A stretch of DNA of 62,263 bases, filler included. It is 3 parts of 3 records of this genome, joined end to end, with 100 filler letters (N's around TTAATTAATTAA, not from the genome) between each part and the next. Parts side by side here need not be neighbours in the genome. Positions count along the whole stretch, not along the records: positions 1 to 22,437 come from DRR723986_4002; positions 22,538 to 49,512 come from DRR723986_4003; 1 more part is not named here. One strand, given 5' to 3'. The number at the start of each line of letters is the position of its first letter. Within the stretch, counting starts at the first letter, position 1. Below are positions 18,601 to 26,993 of this stretch, one piece after another. A program made the position numbers and the translations under genes. The notes under the pieces were generated by a model. That model searched no databases and had not been told where the DNA came from. It worked only from the letters and a program-made list of their open reading frames with translations.

Positions 18601-18853
18601 TTACTGGAGTAACGAGCTCTCTATGCCCAAGTCACTTGTTCGAGTGCGGTGGGATGAGCCTGCGGGTTCCACAAATGCAATGGGTGTCGCTCAAATAGAA
18701 GTCGATCCGCCGCGTAAAGGTTTTGGTAAGCGACCGCGCCAGCATTACATGCCCGCCCTTCGATTTGTGGCATTCGTCGCGCTGATTGGGTTCGCCGGGC
18801 GAGTGTATGTTGATGATGAAATCCAGAAGGAGAGGGCCATCCATGGCCGCTGA
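15620..18853 (+). CDS. Very large tyrosine recombinase/integrase (~1077 aa)
   Basis: RCGLRRGEI, KT, HHLRH, MGHASPGQTIRTYTH give a full R-K-H-R-H-Y set; ATG overlaps the upstream TAA (TAATG). Confidence 0.85.
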   Translation: MGDTGVRNKNLHGDELREKKRQQIAKSERDAVDRILDEAFSRLVTGDVSSPVSEGVVTFIFETACAGVTGHALRIRHNHLVRRLDEIAGEHAIEIPNRDLMIVVRMDTPPMTPRSFAHKSVYEVIEADFWLNLRSEGLKGGQRLKHDAGRLVYSMIWFGGLHSQKFLTTICGAITGGLQTAKRHLGDRKLYWVEFTESSECSRWFPDPVTLMLLHRFNREHGLKAFPDNASSLLAQFVSRISPTQSKISTVNRFVRNLMDAASTSASLDMMGVAGFLQNAAGVSVSMGTSSWVRLITGLVPPRAHSNPLEPASESISTKQSCPLYGPKNANAKEAMEAINQALALDKTVKRLSKKSPSYKALMKIASANSFSPIVRVLASWCAFLRFSVADSSLQRYLSEFAEPLIAELIDDEDLNDLDEDDWEGLYVELLRASSSIQQRAYRSGVLRRFHHYLVTQHGLPDTYIEGVSSNGQVDAEILTPAEYGRTLSMLDDEPDKRLSEATKVALILGYRCGLRRGEIRRLLLRDLQGLYGPALSFPTLIVRGNGYGSTKTSNANRVLPLWALLTDSELDLVRRWYRRRVLEQRSIKRNELLLCELHQPNSLMPAGKLIDPIQDAMRSASGTPTLRLHHLRHSCATFTALRLLESYPGELLSVEWACSDDGEVIMPHWGKNWYAVLCGEERYVPAFEKLQYLTFMMGHASPGQTIRTYTHLLDYAVGLMRWSVPMSTLTNTCQAELLGFTEDNLYQFRNRRSLSKNKESTSAQLAAVLGRFTKDGEVAVDKSFTRFEVSGPAGGRVPENSQMPASAVLVYQALYHTSHLTENGAKLEQAIDGTAALFGLSESCLTRCHTRGEWLMDQSARKFKKEHPDQRNAFSLSKRPDAENVAHRNGVGGVDYPVLRACPAPPKLTACHPTVELMYQSLVKLAQLDADWFRILVENVVKAAQRSHTQLKFPDTTRKKLYLQFLDVIDFLPLAWVDVRAPEASPSEDQLKNYWSNELSMPKSLVRVRWDEPAGSTNAMGVAQIEVDPPRKGFGKRPRQHYMPALRFVAFVALIGFAGRVYVDDEIQKERAIHGR

Positions 18854-18866
18854 ATATAGTCCTTTT

Positions 18867-19736
18867 TTAAGGTGAAATGAGGCGTGTAGAGGAGTTAATC
18901 AGGTGCGTTGACGCTGTGTGCATCAGTTCTGACTGGAGTTGTGCGGCAAGCAGGTGAGATGACTGCACAACCATAGCCTTTGGATCTGGCTGTGTAGGGC
19001 TGCCGATGCGGTACATCGAGGCGATAATAAACTGAATGGTGCGTGCCGCCTCAGGAAGTTCTTGCGCTAGTCGTTTTAGGTCTTCCGCCAACAAGCCCAG
19101 CCCCTTCAAAGCGACCTTTAGGTAATCGACTGGTTTAGAGTCAGATAACTCAATCCGGCCCACCCCGTGTAGAAGTCCCGCAATAGCGGCGAGCCAGCGT
19201 TCCGACTCGTTATAACCGCGGCATGCATCGAACGAACGTATGGCTACATCAAGGCCATGTCTTACCAGGCTGCCTGGCTGTTGGAGGCCGTCTTCTTGCA
19301 TTGTGCCATTCAAGATGGGGATCCCAACCGATGGTCGACCCAGCACTCGTCGAACAAAATCCGCTAATGCTTGCACCGGGCACGGTTCGAGGAACAGTTC
19401 AATGTCGACCACCAGATCGGGGCAGATAAGTTTCGACTCAGGCAGATGCAGCAGTGTTTCAGGCGTTTCCAGTAGAATGACAGTGTCTGAGCGCGACACG
19501 GCATTCCCCCGCCCACCCTCCCAGAGCACCAGCTGAACAGCACAGTCTGGGATTTGTGTGAGCTGGAGATCTCGGTGAGGTTGGAACATCACGACCGTAT
19601 ACTGCTCGAAAGAATTTTCAATGGTCAGTTCCAACACCGGCAGGCCCTCCCCGTTCGGGATTTCCGTCAAATGGGTAATGGTCCCGATGAAGATTTCTGG
19701 CTCGGTCTTCCAGGTGGTGTTGACGATAATGCTCAT
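18867..19736 (-). CDS. HD-domain-like protein (YhaM/TraI_2-like, degenerate)
   Basis: PGSLVRHGLDVA...AGLLHGVGRI matches the G-L-x-x-H...LLHDxGK layout with HD changed to HG. Confidence 0.6.
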   Translation of the reverse strand: MSIIVNTTWKTEPEIFIGTITHLTEIPNGEGLPVLELTIENSFEQYTVVMFQPHRDLQLTQIPDCAVQLVLWEGGRGNAVSRSDTVILLETPETLLHLPESKLICPDLVVDIELFLEPCPVQALADFVRRVLGRPSVGIPILNGTMQEDGLQQPGSLVRHGLDVAIRSFDACRGYNESERWLAAIAGLLHGVGRIELSDSKPVDYLKVALKGLGLLAEDLKRLAQELPEAARTIQFIIASMYRIGSPTQPDPKAMVVQSSHLLAAQLQSELMHTASTHLINSSTRLISP

Positions 19737-20002
19737 GCGAAGTCCTCCTGTGCGGAGTGCAGAAGGCGTTCCAGCTTGTTGAGCAGCTGCGGCAGCGGGT
19801 CCTGAAGGGCCTCGTCGTCCATCAACCAGAGCTCGTTCTCCACCCAGTGGGTGAGAGCTGCGAGATTGGAACTTTCGTCGCCTGCTCCCAGCACGGCGAC
19901 GAGGTGAGTTCCGTCAGGAATTTGCATGGAAAAGGCCAATGCACTGGCTAGGCGTGTCGCGAAAGACTTTCGGCTGATAGAAAACGGTTGAGTATGGTTC
20001 AT
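19733..20002 (-). CDS. Hypothetical protein, coupled to the integrase and the HD-like gene
   Basis: 89-aa ORF with ATGA overlaps at both ends. Confidence 0.65.
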   Translation of the reverse strand: MNHTQPFSISRKSFATRLASALAFSMQIPDGTHLVAVLGAGDESSNLAALTHWVENELWLMDDEALQDPLPQLLNKLERLLHSAQEDFA

Positions 20003-21198
20003 GAGTTGGTTTCCTTATTGGGATCAGTTTTGGCGTTGAATTCGTTAATGAGCAGGCGCTCGAAGGCGGAGCCATCGCGACGGGTCAGATTTGGCACATA
20101 GCGGCTATACACGCGGAACAACATTTCCGTTGTGGTATGGCCCATTTGCCTTGCGATCCATTCCGGGTTCTCACCGGCGGCTAGCCACAACGTCGCTGCG
20201 GTGTGGCGGGTCTGATAGGGCCGGCGTTTACGCAACCCAAGATGACGGAGCAGCGGATACCAAACCCTTTTTGTGACGTTGTTATGGTTAAGTGGCCCAC
20301 CTGTTCTCGTACAAAAGACGAATTCATTTCCGCCAGTAGCCTTTTTCTGGTCCTCCAGTGCATCGACGACCAGTTGAGACATCTCAACGTGACGGTAGCT
20401 ACCATCGGTTTTCGTCTGTTCGATCTCGCCATTCACGAGAGCCTGGCGAACCAGAATCTGCCGGCGCTGAAAATCGACGCAGTCCCATGGCAAGCCGTCG
20501 ATCTCGCCGGTTCGAAGGCCAGTGAAGAATCTCACCACGTAGTAATTTTTGAAGTCGGTTCGCACCGAATTGAGAATCAGCCGGACTTCCTCCAAAGAAA
20601 ACGGCTCAACATCCGAGCGCGGCACTCGTAAGGATTTGATTCCCTGATAGGGGGAGGTAAACTCATAACGGTTGGCTGCCTCTCCCAGAATCATGCGCAA
20701 AGGCGTCATGATGCGGTTAATACGGCTGGCGGAAAGTGGCTTTTTGCTCCGGGTCTGAACTTTGGCGAGGGACGCCCGGAACGAAAGTATTTTCTGCCTG
20801 GTGATGTGGCCGACCTCCATCTCCCCGAACTTCGGGATCAGGTAGTTCTCCAGCGTTCCCTCGATCGTTGCGATGTAGGAACGGCGCCACTGAATCCTCA
20901 TTTCGTCCAGCCACGTTTGTGAAAATGCACTGAACAGCGGTGTGTCATGAGCCGCCCGAGCGCGCTGCAACTCAGCCTGCCGGGTAAATTCCTTCGCCCG
21001 GGGGCTGTCGGGGAAATACTGGTGGTACTCGAAAGTCCCCAAAGTGATTTCCGCCTCAATCTTTGCGAGGATCTTTTCCAACTGCTTGCGATTTTTCGGT
21101 ACGTCTGAGAGCGCTGTTTGCTCCCGGCAGCGTTTCCCACGGTAGCGGAAATCGAAGTACAGTTTTCCGGTTTCGGGTCGCGCGACGATCTTACCCAC
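19999..21198 (-). CDS. Tyrosine integrase with N-terminal arm-binding domain
   Basis: GKLYFDFRYRGKRCREQT arm domain; FTGLRTGEI, TKT, YQTRHT, MGH, YSRY; GTG start 21198 with GGAGG RBS. Confidence 0.93.
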   Translation of the reverse strand: MGKIVARPETGKLYFDFRYRGKRCREQTALSDVPKNRKQLEKILAKIEAEITLGTFEYHQYFPDSPRAKEFTRQAELQRARAAHDTPLFSAFSQTWLDEMRIQWRRSYIATIEGTLENYLIPKFGEMEVGHITRQKILSFRASLAKVQTRSKKPLSASRINRIMTPLRMILGEAANRYEFTSPYQGIKSLRVPRSDVEPFSLEEVRLILNSVRTDFKNYYVVRFFTGLRTGEIDGLPWDCVDFQRRQILVRQALVNGEIEQTKTDGSYRHVEMSQLVVDALEDQKKATGGNEFVFCTRTGGPLNHNNVTKRVWYPLLRHLGLRKRRPYQTRHTAATLWLAAGENPEWIARQMGHTTTEMLFRVYSRYVPNLTRRDGSAFERLLINEFNAKTDPNKETNS

Positions 21199-21427
21199 GG
21201 CACACACCTCCCCGAGCCATTGGCACGGCAAAAGCAACATTGGTGGCCTGATCAAACATGTCTTGCTCAACCTTCTCCCAGATATAAAGGATTTTTCGCC
21301 CTCCGAACGGGCGGATGTAGTGAATGCCCTCAAGCAAAACACTGTCTTTCAAGCGTTCGCGAATGGTGCGAGCATCGTATTTGATGCGCTGCGCGAGTTC
21401 CTCGGTAGTCAGATACTCCTGTGACAT
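21191..21427 (-). CDS. Excisionase-like small DNA-binding protein
   Basis: YLTTEELAQRIKYDARTIR...EGIHY.RPFGGRKILY.W wHTH pattern; overlaps the int start. Confidence 0.75.
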   Translation of the reverse strand: MSQEYLTTEELAQRIKYDARTIRERLKDSVLLEGIHYIRPFGGRKILYIWEKVEQDMFDQATNVAFAVPMARGGVCRG

Positions 21428-21578
21428 AACTTTTCACCTCTGCTATCGTTAAGTTCTGGAGGACATACCGCATGACTAGCGCCTCAATATGTTCTCCTGT
21501 AGATCATTATGCACTCATAAAGACCTTTTGCAAGTCTTTTTGATCTTCTGCGAGTTAATTTGTTCTTTGGTGGGCCAA

Positions 21579-21806
21579 ATGATTAAGTGCCATCTGTCGA
21601 AGCTGATGGGCGAGAAGAAGCTCAAAATCGTTGATGTGGCGAGGGAAACAGGGGTGAACCGGGGGACGATTACCCGGCTTTACCATGAAACAGCGAATCG
21701 AATCGAGTTGGATGTAATCGAGACCTTATGTCGGTATTTGGGCTGCGAGATTGGCGATCTGTTCGAGATAGTGGATGTTGAAAGGAGGCGAGAAGGGCCT
21801 TCTTAA
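21579..21806 (+). CDS. Cro/C1 (XRE) HTH repressor
   Basis: KIVDVARETGVNRGTITRLY...LCRYLGCEIGDLFE; divergent from xis-int. Confidence 0.88.
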   Translation: MIKCHLSKLMGEKKLKIVDVARETGVNRGTITRLYHETANRIELDVIETLCRYLGCEIGDLFEIVDVERRREGPS

Positions 21807-21874
21807 ACTCGCTTAGAGTGGTGGTCTGGGCTATAATCGTGCTAATCCGTCACAGATTTGACCCAGAGGATTTC

Positions 21875-22437
21875 ATGACCCTCCTTTTCGATATTGATAA
21901 TGGTGCTGATCCAGACGTTGTTTCTGGCCTGGTAGGTGCTTCTCCGTCACCCTATGAGGGGCTCAGTGAGCGAGCCCTGCTGAACAAGCTATTGGAAATC
22001 TACGATCAGGGAGCCATCGCTGAGGCGCTTGCTGAGATCGACAAGGGAAGTTGGTGTCGAGAGACAATCAATCGTTGGGCGAAAGGCAAAGCTGAACCGA
22101 AGGTGACTCATGCGGCCTATCAGCGCATGGTCTCAATGTTGCCAACTCCTAAATCCAACGACCTCAAGCCGTCTTTCCGATTCATCGATTTGTTCGCGGG
22201 GATCGGTGGGATCAGAAAGGGTTTTGAGGCTATTGGTGGCGAATGTGTATTCACTTCTGAGTGGAACAAGTATGCCGTTCGCACCTACAAGGCAAACCAC
22301 TTCTGTGATCCCCTGAAGCACAGATTTAATGAGGATATCCGGGAAGTCACCCTCAGTTCTGACCTGAATATCGACGAAGAAATGGCCTACAAGCACATCG
22401 ATCAGCAGGTTCCCGACCATGAGGTGTTGCTGGCGGG
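21875..22437 (+). CDS. dcm: DNA cytosine-5 methyltransferase, Dcm-like; truncated by the gap
   Basis: Motif I FIDLFAGIGG, SEWNKYAVRTY, DIREVT, PDHEVLLAG leading into motif IV. Confidence 0.85.
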
Positions 22438-22537
22438 NNNNNNNNNNNNNNNNNNNNNNNNNNNNNNNNNNNNNNNNNNNNTTAATTAATTAANNNNNNN
22501 NNNNNNNNNNNNNNNNNNNNNNNNNNNNNNNNNNNNN
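22438..22537. other. Artificial contig linker / assembly gap
   Basis: N44-TTAATTAATTAA-N44; stop codons in all six frames. Confidence 0.97.
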
Positions 22538-23446
22538 GTCGATCTCGTCGCGCGTCGGCATGGCGGGCGCGGTGCCGCGCCTTGTGACGGCGATGCCCGC
22601 CGTGGCGCAGCCCATGCGGACCGCCTCTTCTGTGCCCCGACCCTCGGACAGCGCGGTGGCAAAGCCGCCGATGAAGGCGTCGCCCGCGCCTGCCGTGTCG
22701 ATGACGGTGGCGTTGGTCGTGGCGGGCACCAGCGTGCTGATTCCTTGCCCGTGGATGTAGACGCCCTTCGACCCCATGGTGATGAGCGCCGTGCCCACGC
22801 CGCGCTCGACGAAGATCTCGCCTGCGCGCTTCGCCTCGGCCTCGGACGCGATGTCGAAGCCGACGATGGCCGCAGCCTCGCTCTCGTTCGGGACGAAGTA
22901 GTCGCAGGCGGCGTAGCAGGCCGCGTCGAAGGGGTTGGCGGGGGCCGGGTTGAAGACGGTGGTCACCCCCGCCGCCTTGGCCATCTGCAGAGCGGCCAGC
23001 GCCGCCTCTGCGGGCTGTTCCAACTGGGTGACGAAGACCTTCGCGCCCTCGATCACGTCCCGCTGCGCCTCGACATCGGCGGCAGAGATGGTGCCCGCCG
23101 CGCCGGGATAGACGATGATCGCGTTCTCGCCGGTCTGGTCGTTGACGAAGATGAAGGCCGCGCCCGAGGGCATGTCGGACATGACCTCGACCTTGGGCGT
23201 CACGCCCGCCTCGGCGTAGATCTCCAGCGCCATCTTGCCGAAGGGATCGTCACCGATCTTCGAGATGAAGCTGACCTTCGCCCCCGCGCGGCCAGCCGCG
23301 ACCGCCTGGTTCGACCCTTTGCCACCCGGTCCCAGCGAAAAGCCCGAGCCCATGATGGTCTCGCCGTTCGCCGGCATCCGTGCCGCCAGATAGGCGGTGT
23401 CGGCGACATAGATCCCAAGGATTGCGATGCCCGTCTGCTCTGCCAT
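22538..23446 (-). CDS. rbsK: Ribokinase (PfkB family), 3' end truncated by the gap
   Basis: GGKGSNQAVAA, NPAP, PNESEA, DTAGAGDAFIGG. Confidence 0.9.
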
Positions 23447-23494
23447 GTTGTCCTCCCCCCGTGTCGCGCCGCCCCTCCCCGGGCGGTGCGCTCG

Positions 23495-25855
23495 TCATTC
23501 CCCGTAGGGCACCCATATGTTCTTGATCTGCGTGGCCTGCCGGATGAAGACCTCGCCCTCTGCCTCGGCGCTGGTCCAGTCCCATGCCCGGCCATGGTCG
23601 GTGAAGACCCGCTTGAGGTTGCCCGTCGACAACCGCTCGATCTCTGCCGAGAGCGCGGGCGTGGTGAAGGCCCAGAGCACATCCACGTCGTTGTGTTTCG
23701 CCAGTTCGCGGGCCAGCGGTTCCGTGCTGCCGGTGACGATGTTCAACACGCCGCCGGGCAGGTCCGAGGTCTCCAGCACCTGGTAGAAGTCGGTCGCGGA
23801 CAGCGGATGCGCCTCGGACGCCACGGCCACCACGCGGTTGCCGGTGGCGATCAGGGGCGCCACCGCCGAGACGAAGCCCAGCAGCGGGCTTTCCTCGGGG
23901 CAGATCACGCCCGCGACGCCGATGGGTTCGGGCACCGCCAGCGCGAGGCCCTTCATCGGCGGCATGTGCACCGTGCCCTCGACCTTGTCGGCCCAAGCGC
24001 CGTAGCTGAAGAGGCGCGAGACGGCGGCCATGACCTCGGCCCGCGCGCGGTCGTGCTTGGCGCCGGTCTGCGCGGTGATCCGTTCGGCGAATTCATCGGC
24101 GCGGGCCGAGAGGTTCTCGCCCATGTAGTACAGCACCTGCGCGCGGTTGTGCTGGGTCTTGGACCCCCAGCTTTTCGCGCCACGCGCCGCCTCGACCGCG
24201 TTGCGGATGTCCTTGCGGTTGCCCTCGCCGACTTCGCCCAACACGCTGCCCTTGGCGCCGACCACGGGACGCGCGTTGCCGCCGTCGGGCCGCGCCTGCT
24301 TGCCGCCGATGTAGAACTTCGCCGTCCGGTCCACCGGGTCGAGGCTGAATCCCTTCGCCGCCACGGGGGCGCTGGCCTTGCGCTCGGACGCCTTGGCGAA
24401 GGCGCGGGGCTTGAGGTAGTCGTAGCACCCCTCGCGCCCGCCCTCGCGGCCGAAACCACTTTCCTTGACGCCGCCAAAGCCCACGCCCGCGTCCATCACG
24501 TTGGTGCAGTTGACCCAGACGATACCCGCCTGAACCTGCGCCGCAAGGTCGAGCGCGAGGTTGATGTTCTCGCTCCAGATGCTGGCGGCAAGGCCGTAGC
24601 GGGTGTGGTTCGCCAGTTGCACCGCCTCTTCCGGCGTGCGGAAGGTCATCGACACGGCGACGGGGCCGAAGATTTCCTCGGTCGCGGCCTCGCAGGTTGC
24701 GGGCACGTCGCGCAAGAGCGTCGGCGGGTAGAAGCTGCCTGTCGCGGGCACGTCGCCCGACTGCACCAGCGTGGCGCCCGCCGCGACCGCGCGGTCCACC
24801 ATCCCGGCGATGCGGTCGCGCTGCGCGCCGTCGATCACCGCGGAGAGGTCGATGGTCTTGTCGAGCGAGCCGCCGATGCGCAAGGTCTTCATCCGCTCGG
24901 CCAGGCGAGCGTGGAAGGTGTCCGAGACCCCCTCCTGCACCAGCAGCCGAGAGCCCGCGCAGCAGACCTGTCCCTGATTGAACCAGATGGCGTCCACGAC
25001 ACCCTCGACCGCCGCGTCGATGTCGGCATCCTCGCAGACGATGAAAGGCGACTTGCCGCCCAGTTCCAGCGTCAGGCTCTTGCCCTGCCCCGCCGTCGCC
25101 TCGCGGATGCGGCGCCCGACCTCGGTCGAGCCGGTGAAGGCCACCTTGTCGGCGCCCTCATGCGCGGCGATCAGGGCGCCGGTCTCGCCGTCGCCGGTGA
25201 CGATGTTCAGCACACCGGCGGGCAGCCCCGCCGCCTGCGCCAGTTCGGCAAACAGCAGCGCGGTCAGCGGCGTCGCCTCGGCGGGCTTCAGAACGACGGT
25301 GTTTCCAAGCGCCAAGGCGGGCGCCAGTTTCCACGCCAGCATCAGGAAGGGGAAGTTCCACGGGATCACCTGCCCCACAACGCCCACGGGATCGTAGCCC
25401 GAAAACTGGCTCTCCTGCAGCTGCGCCCAGCCCGCGTGGTGGTAGAAGTGGCGCGCGGCGAGCGGAATGTCGATGTCGCGCGTCTCGCGGATCGACTTGC
25501 CGTTGTCCAGCGCCTCGACCACAGCGATCAGGCGGGAGTTGCGCTGGATAATCCGCGCCAGCGCGTAAAGCTTCAGCGCGCGTTCATGGCCCGGCAGCGT
25601 GGCCCAGCCCTTTTGCGCGCGGCGCGCCGCCTTGAAGGCCGCGTCCACATCCGCCGCCGTCCCCTGAGAGACCTGCGCCAGCGCCTTGCCGGTCGCGGGC
25701 TCGGAGGTGTCGAAGCCCTCGGCGGGCTTGGTGAAGGCGCCGTCGATGAAATGGCCGAAGCGCGCGTCGTGCGAGGACAGCCATGCGCGCGCGGCGCTGT
25801 CGTCCTCTGTGCTGGGGGCGTAATCCATGCTGTCGAAGAAGCTCGCGACTGTCAT
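23495..25855 (-). CDS. Two-domain aldehyde dehydrogenase (ALDH16-like)
   Basis: PWNFP, FTGSTEVG, LELGGKSP, NQGQVCCAGSR, EEIFGP, followed by a second partial ALDH domain. Confidence 0.93.
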   Translation of the reverse strand: MTVASFFDSMDYAPSTEDDSAARAWLSSHDARFGHFIDGAFTKPAEGFDTSEPATGKALAQVSQGTAADVDAAFKAARRAQKGWATLPGHERALKLYALARIIQRNSRLIAVVEALDNGKSIRETRDIDIPLAARHFYHHAGWAQLQESQFSGYDPVGVVGQVIPWNFPFLMLAWKLAPALALGNTVVLKPAEATPLTALLFAELAQAAGLPAGVLNIVTGDGETGALIAAHEGADKVAFTGSTEVGRRIREATAGQGKSLTLELGGKSPFIVCEDADIDAAVEGVVDAIWFNQGQVCCAGSRLLVQEGVSDTFHARLAERMKTLRIGGSLDKTIDLSAVIDGAQRDRIAGMVDRAVAAGATLVQSGDVPATGSFYPPTLLRDVPATCEAATEEIFGPVAVSMTFRTPEEAVQLANHTRYGLAASIWSENINLALDLAAQVQAGIVWVNCTNVMDAGVGFGGVKESGFGREGGREGCYDYLKPRAFAKASERKASAPVAAKGFSLDPVDRTAKFYIGGKQARPDGGNARPVVGAKGSVLGEVGEGNRKDIRNAVEAARGAKSWGSKTQHNRAQVLYYMGENLSARADEFAERITAQTGAKHDRARAEVMAAVSRLFSYGAWADKVEGTVHMPPMKGLALAVPEPIGVAGVICPEESPLLGFVSAVAPLIATGNRVVAVASEAHPLSATDFYQVLETSDLPGGVLNIVTGSTEPLARELAKHNDVDVLWAFTTPALSAEIERLSTGNLKRVFTDHGRAWDWTSAEAEGEVFIRQATQIKNIWVPYGE

Positions 25856-25859
25856 TGGG

Positions 25860-26852
25860 TCATCCGATCGGGTGGCGTTGCGCGGCGCTGTAGGCGCCGG
25901 TCACGCGGTGTTCGAGTTGGCGCTCGATATCGCCCAGAAGCGACGAGGCGCCAAAGCGGAAGAGGTCCGGCTGCACCCAGTCGAGGCCCAGCTCCTCTTT
26001 CATCAGCGCAAGGTAGACGAGCGCATCCTTGGCCTTGGACACGCCGCCGGCGGGCTTGTAGCCGACCTTGACGCCGGTCATCTCGCGGTACTGGCGGATC
26101 GCCCGGACCATGGTCAGGGACACGGGCAGCGTGGCGTTCACGCCCTCCTTGCCGGTCGAGGTCTTGATGAAATCGGCGCCGGCCATCATGCAGACGAGGC
26201 TGGCGCGGGCGACGTTGCGCAGGGTCTTGAGGTCGCCGGTGGCGAGGATCGCCTTGACGTGCGCATCGCCGCAGGCGGCGCGGTAGTCGCGCATCTCGTC
26301 ATAGAGCGCCTGCCAGTTGCCGGTCAGCACATGCTCTCGCGTGATGACGATGTCGATCTCCTGCGCGCCATCGGCGACCGAGGCCTCGATCTCGGCCAGC
26401 TTGGTGTGATGCGGGGCCAGCCCCGCCGGAAAGCCGGTCGAGACGGCGGCGACCGGGATGCCGGTGCCCTTCAGCGCCTCGACGGCGGTCGCGACGAAGC
26501 GGTGGTAGACGCAGACCGCGCCGGTGGTGATGCCGCGATCGGCCATGCCGAGCGCCTCGAGCAGGTCGGCGCGGATCGGCTGCGCGGCCTTGGCGCAAAG
26601 GCGCCGCACGCGGCCCTCGGTGTCGTCGCCGTTCAGCGTGGTCAGGTCGATGCAGGTCACGGCCTTCAGCAGCCACGCGCTTTGCGCATCGCCCTTGACG
26701 GCGCGGCGGCCCGGCAGGCTGGCGGCGCGGCGGTTGCTGGCCTCGGTGTTGACCTGCACGGCGCGCACGGCGCCCAGATCCAGCGCCATGCCCTCGTTGC
26801 GCGGATGCGCCACCGGCGTCGATGCCGGCAGGGTGGTCACCTCTGTCTTCAC
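25860..26852 (-). CDS. deoC: Deoxyribose-phosphate aldolase
   Basis: IDLTTL, AVCVY, GADFIKTSTGK, KPAGG, RFGASSLL. Confidence 0.95.
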   Translation of the reverse strand: MKTEVTTLPASTPVAHPRNEGMALDLGAVRAVQVNTEASNRRAASLPGRRAVKGDAQSAWLLKAVTCIDLTTLNGDDTEGRVRRLCAKAAQPIRADLLEALGMADRGITTGAVCVYHRFVATAVEALKGTGIPVAAVSTGFPAGLAPHHTKLAEIEASVADGAQEIDIVITREHVLTGNWQALYDEMRDYRAACGDAHVKAILATGDLKTLRNVARASLVCMMAGADFIKTSTGKEGVNATLPVSLTMVRAIRQYREMTGVKVGYKPAGGVSKAKDALVYLALMKEELGLDWVQPDLFRFGASSLLGDIERQLEHRVTGAYSAAQRHPIG

Positions 26853-26953
26853 GATCTTCCCTCCATCGGTCGCCGACCGTCCGCCTGCCGCGAATCCGGC
26901 GGCGACCCTTGGGTCAAGGATGCGTCATTCCTGTTGTCTCCGCAACCCCGTTT

Positions 26954-26969
26954 TGTTAGGATCGTAACA
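26954..26969. promoter_or_regulatory. DeoR-type operator
   Basis: TGTTAGGATCGTAACA, close to the E. coli DeoR palindrome TGTTAGAATTCTAACA; lies between divergent deoC and deoR. Confidence 0.75.
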
Positions 26970-26993
26970 TATTTTCGGGACAGGGTGGGCGAG

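Larger units (their letters stand above)
7882..22437. mobile_element. tRNA-Arg(CCG)-associated genomic island; right end lost in the assembly gap
   Basis: tRNA 3' fragment at the left edge; AlpA, three tyrosine-recombinase genes, xis-like gene, repressor, methylase and antitoxin-like cargo. Confidence 0.75.

Noticed and set aside
21199-21342. Frameshift fusion or N-terminal extension of the integrase through xis
   Set aside because: A GTG start with a GGAGG RBS at 21198 explains the integrase without a frameshift; no evidence of recoding.
22482-22493. TTAATTAATTAA palindrome (repeated at 49557-49568) as a target-site duplication flanking the 27-kb block
   Set aside because: It sits in the centre of N-runs and is a standard six-frame-stop contig linker, not genomic sequence.
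22745-26071. 1108-aa plus-strand ORF and other long ORFs such as 43110-45143, 45523-47319, 38393-39934 and 30380-31888
   Set aside because: Antisense shadows of well-supported genes in high-GC DNA; Arg/Ala/Gly-rich with no family motifs.
25827-26993. N-terminal extension making DeoR a 646-aa fusion
   Set aside because: The extension is antisense to deoC; the DeoR domain starts at ATG 26994.
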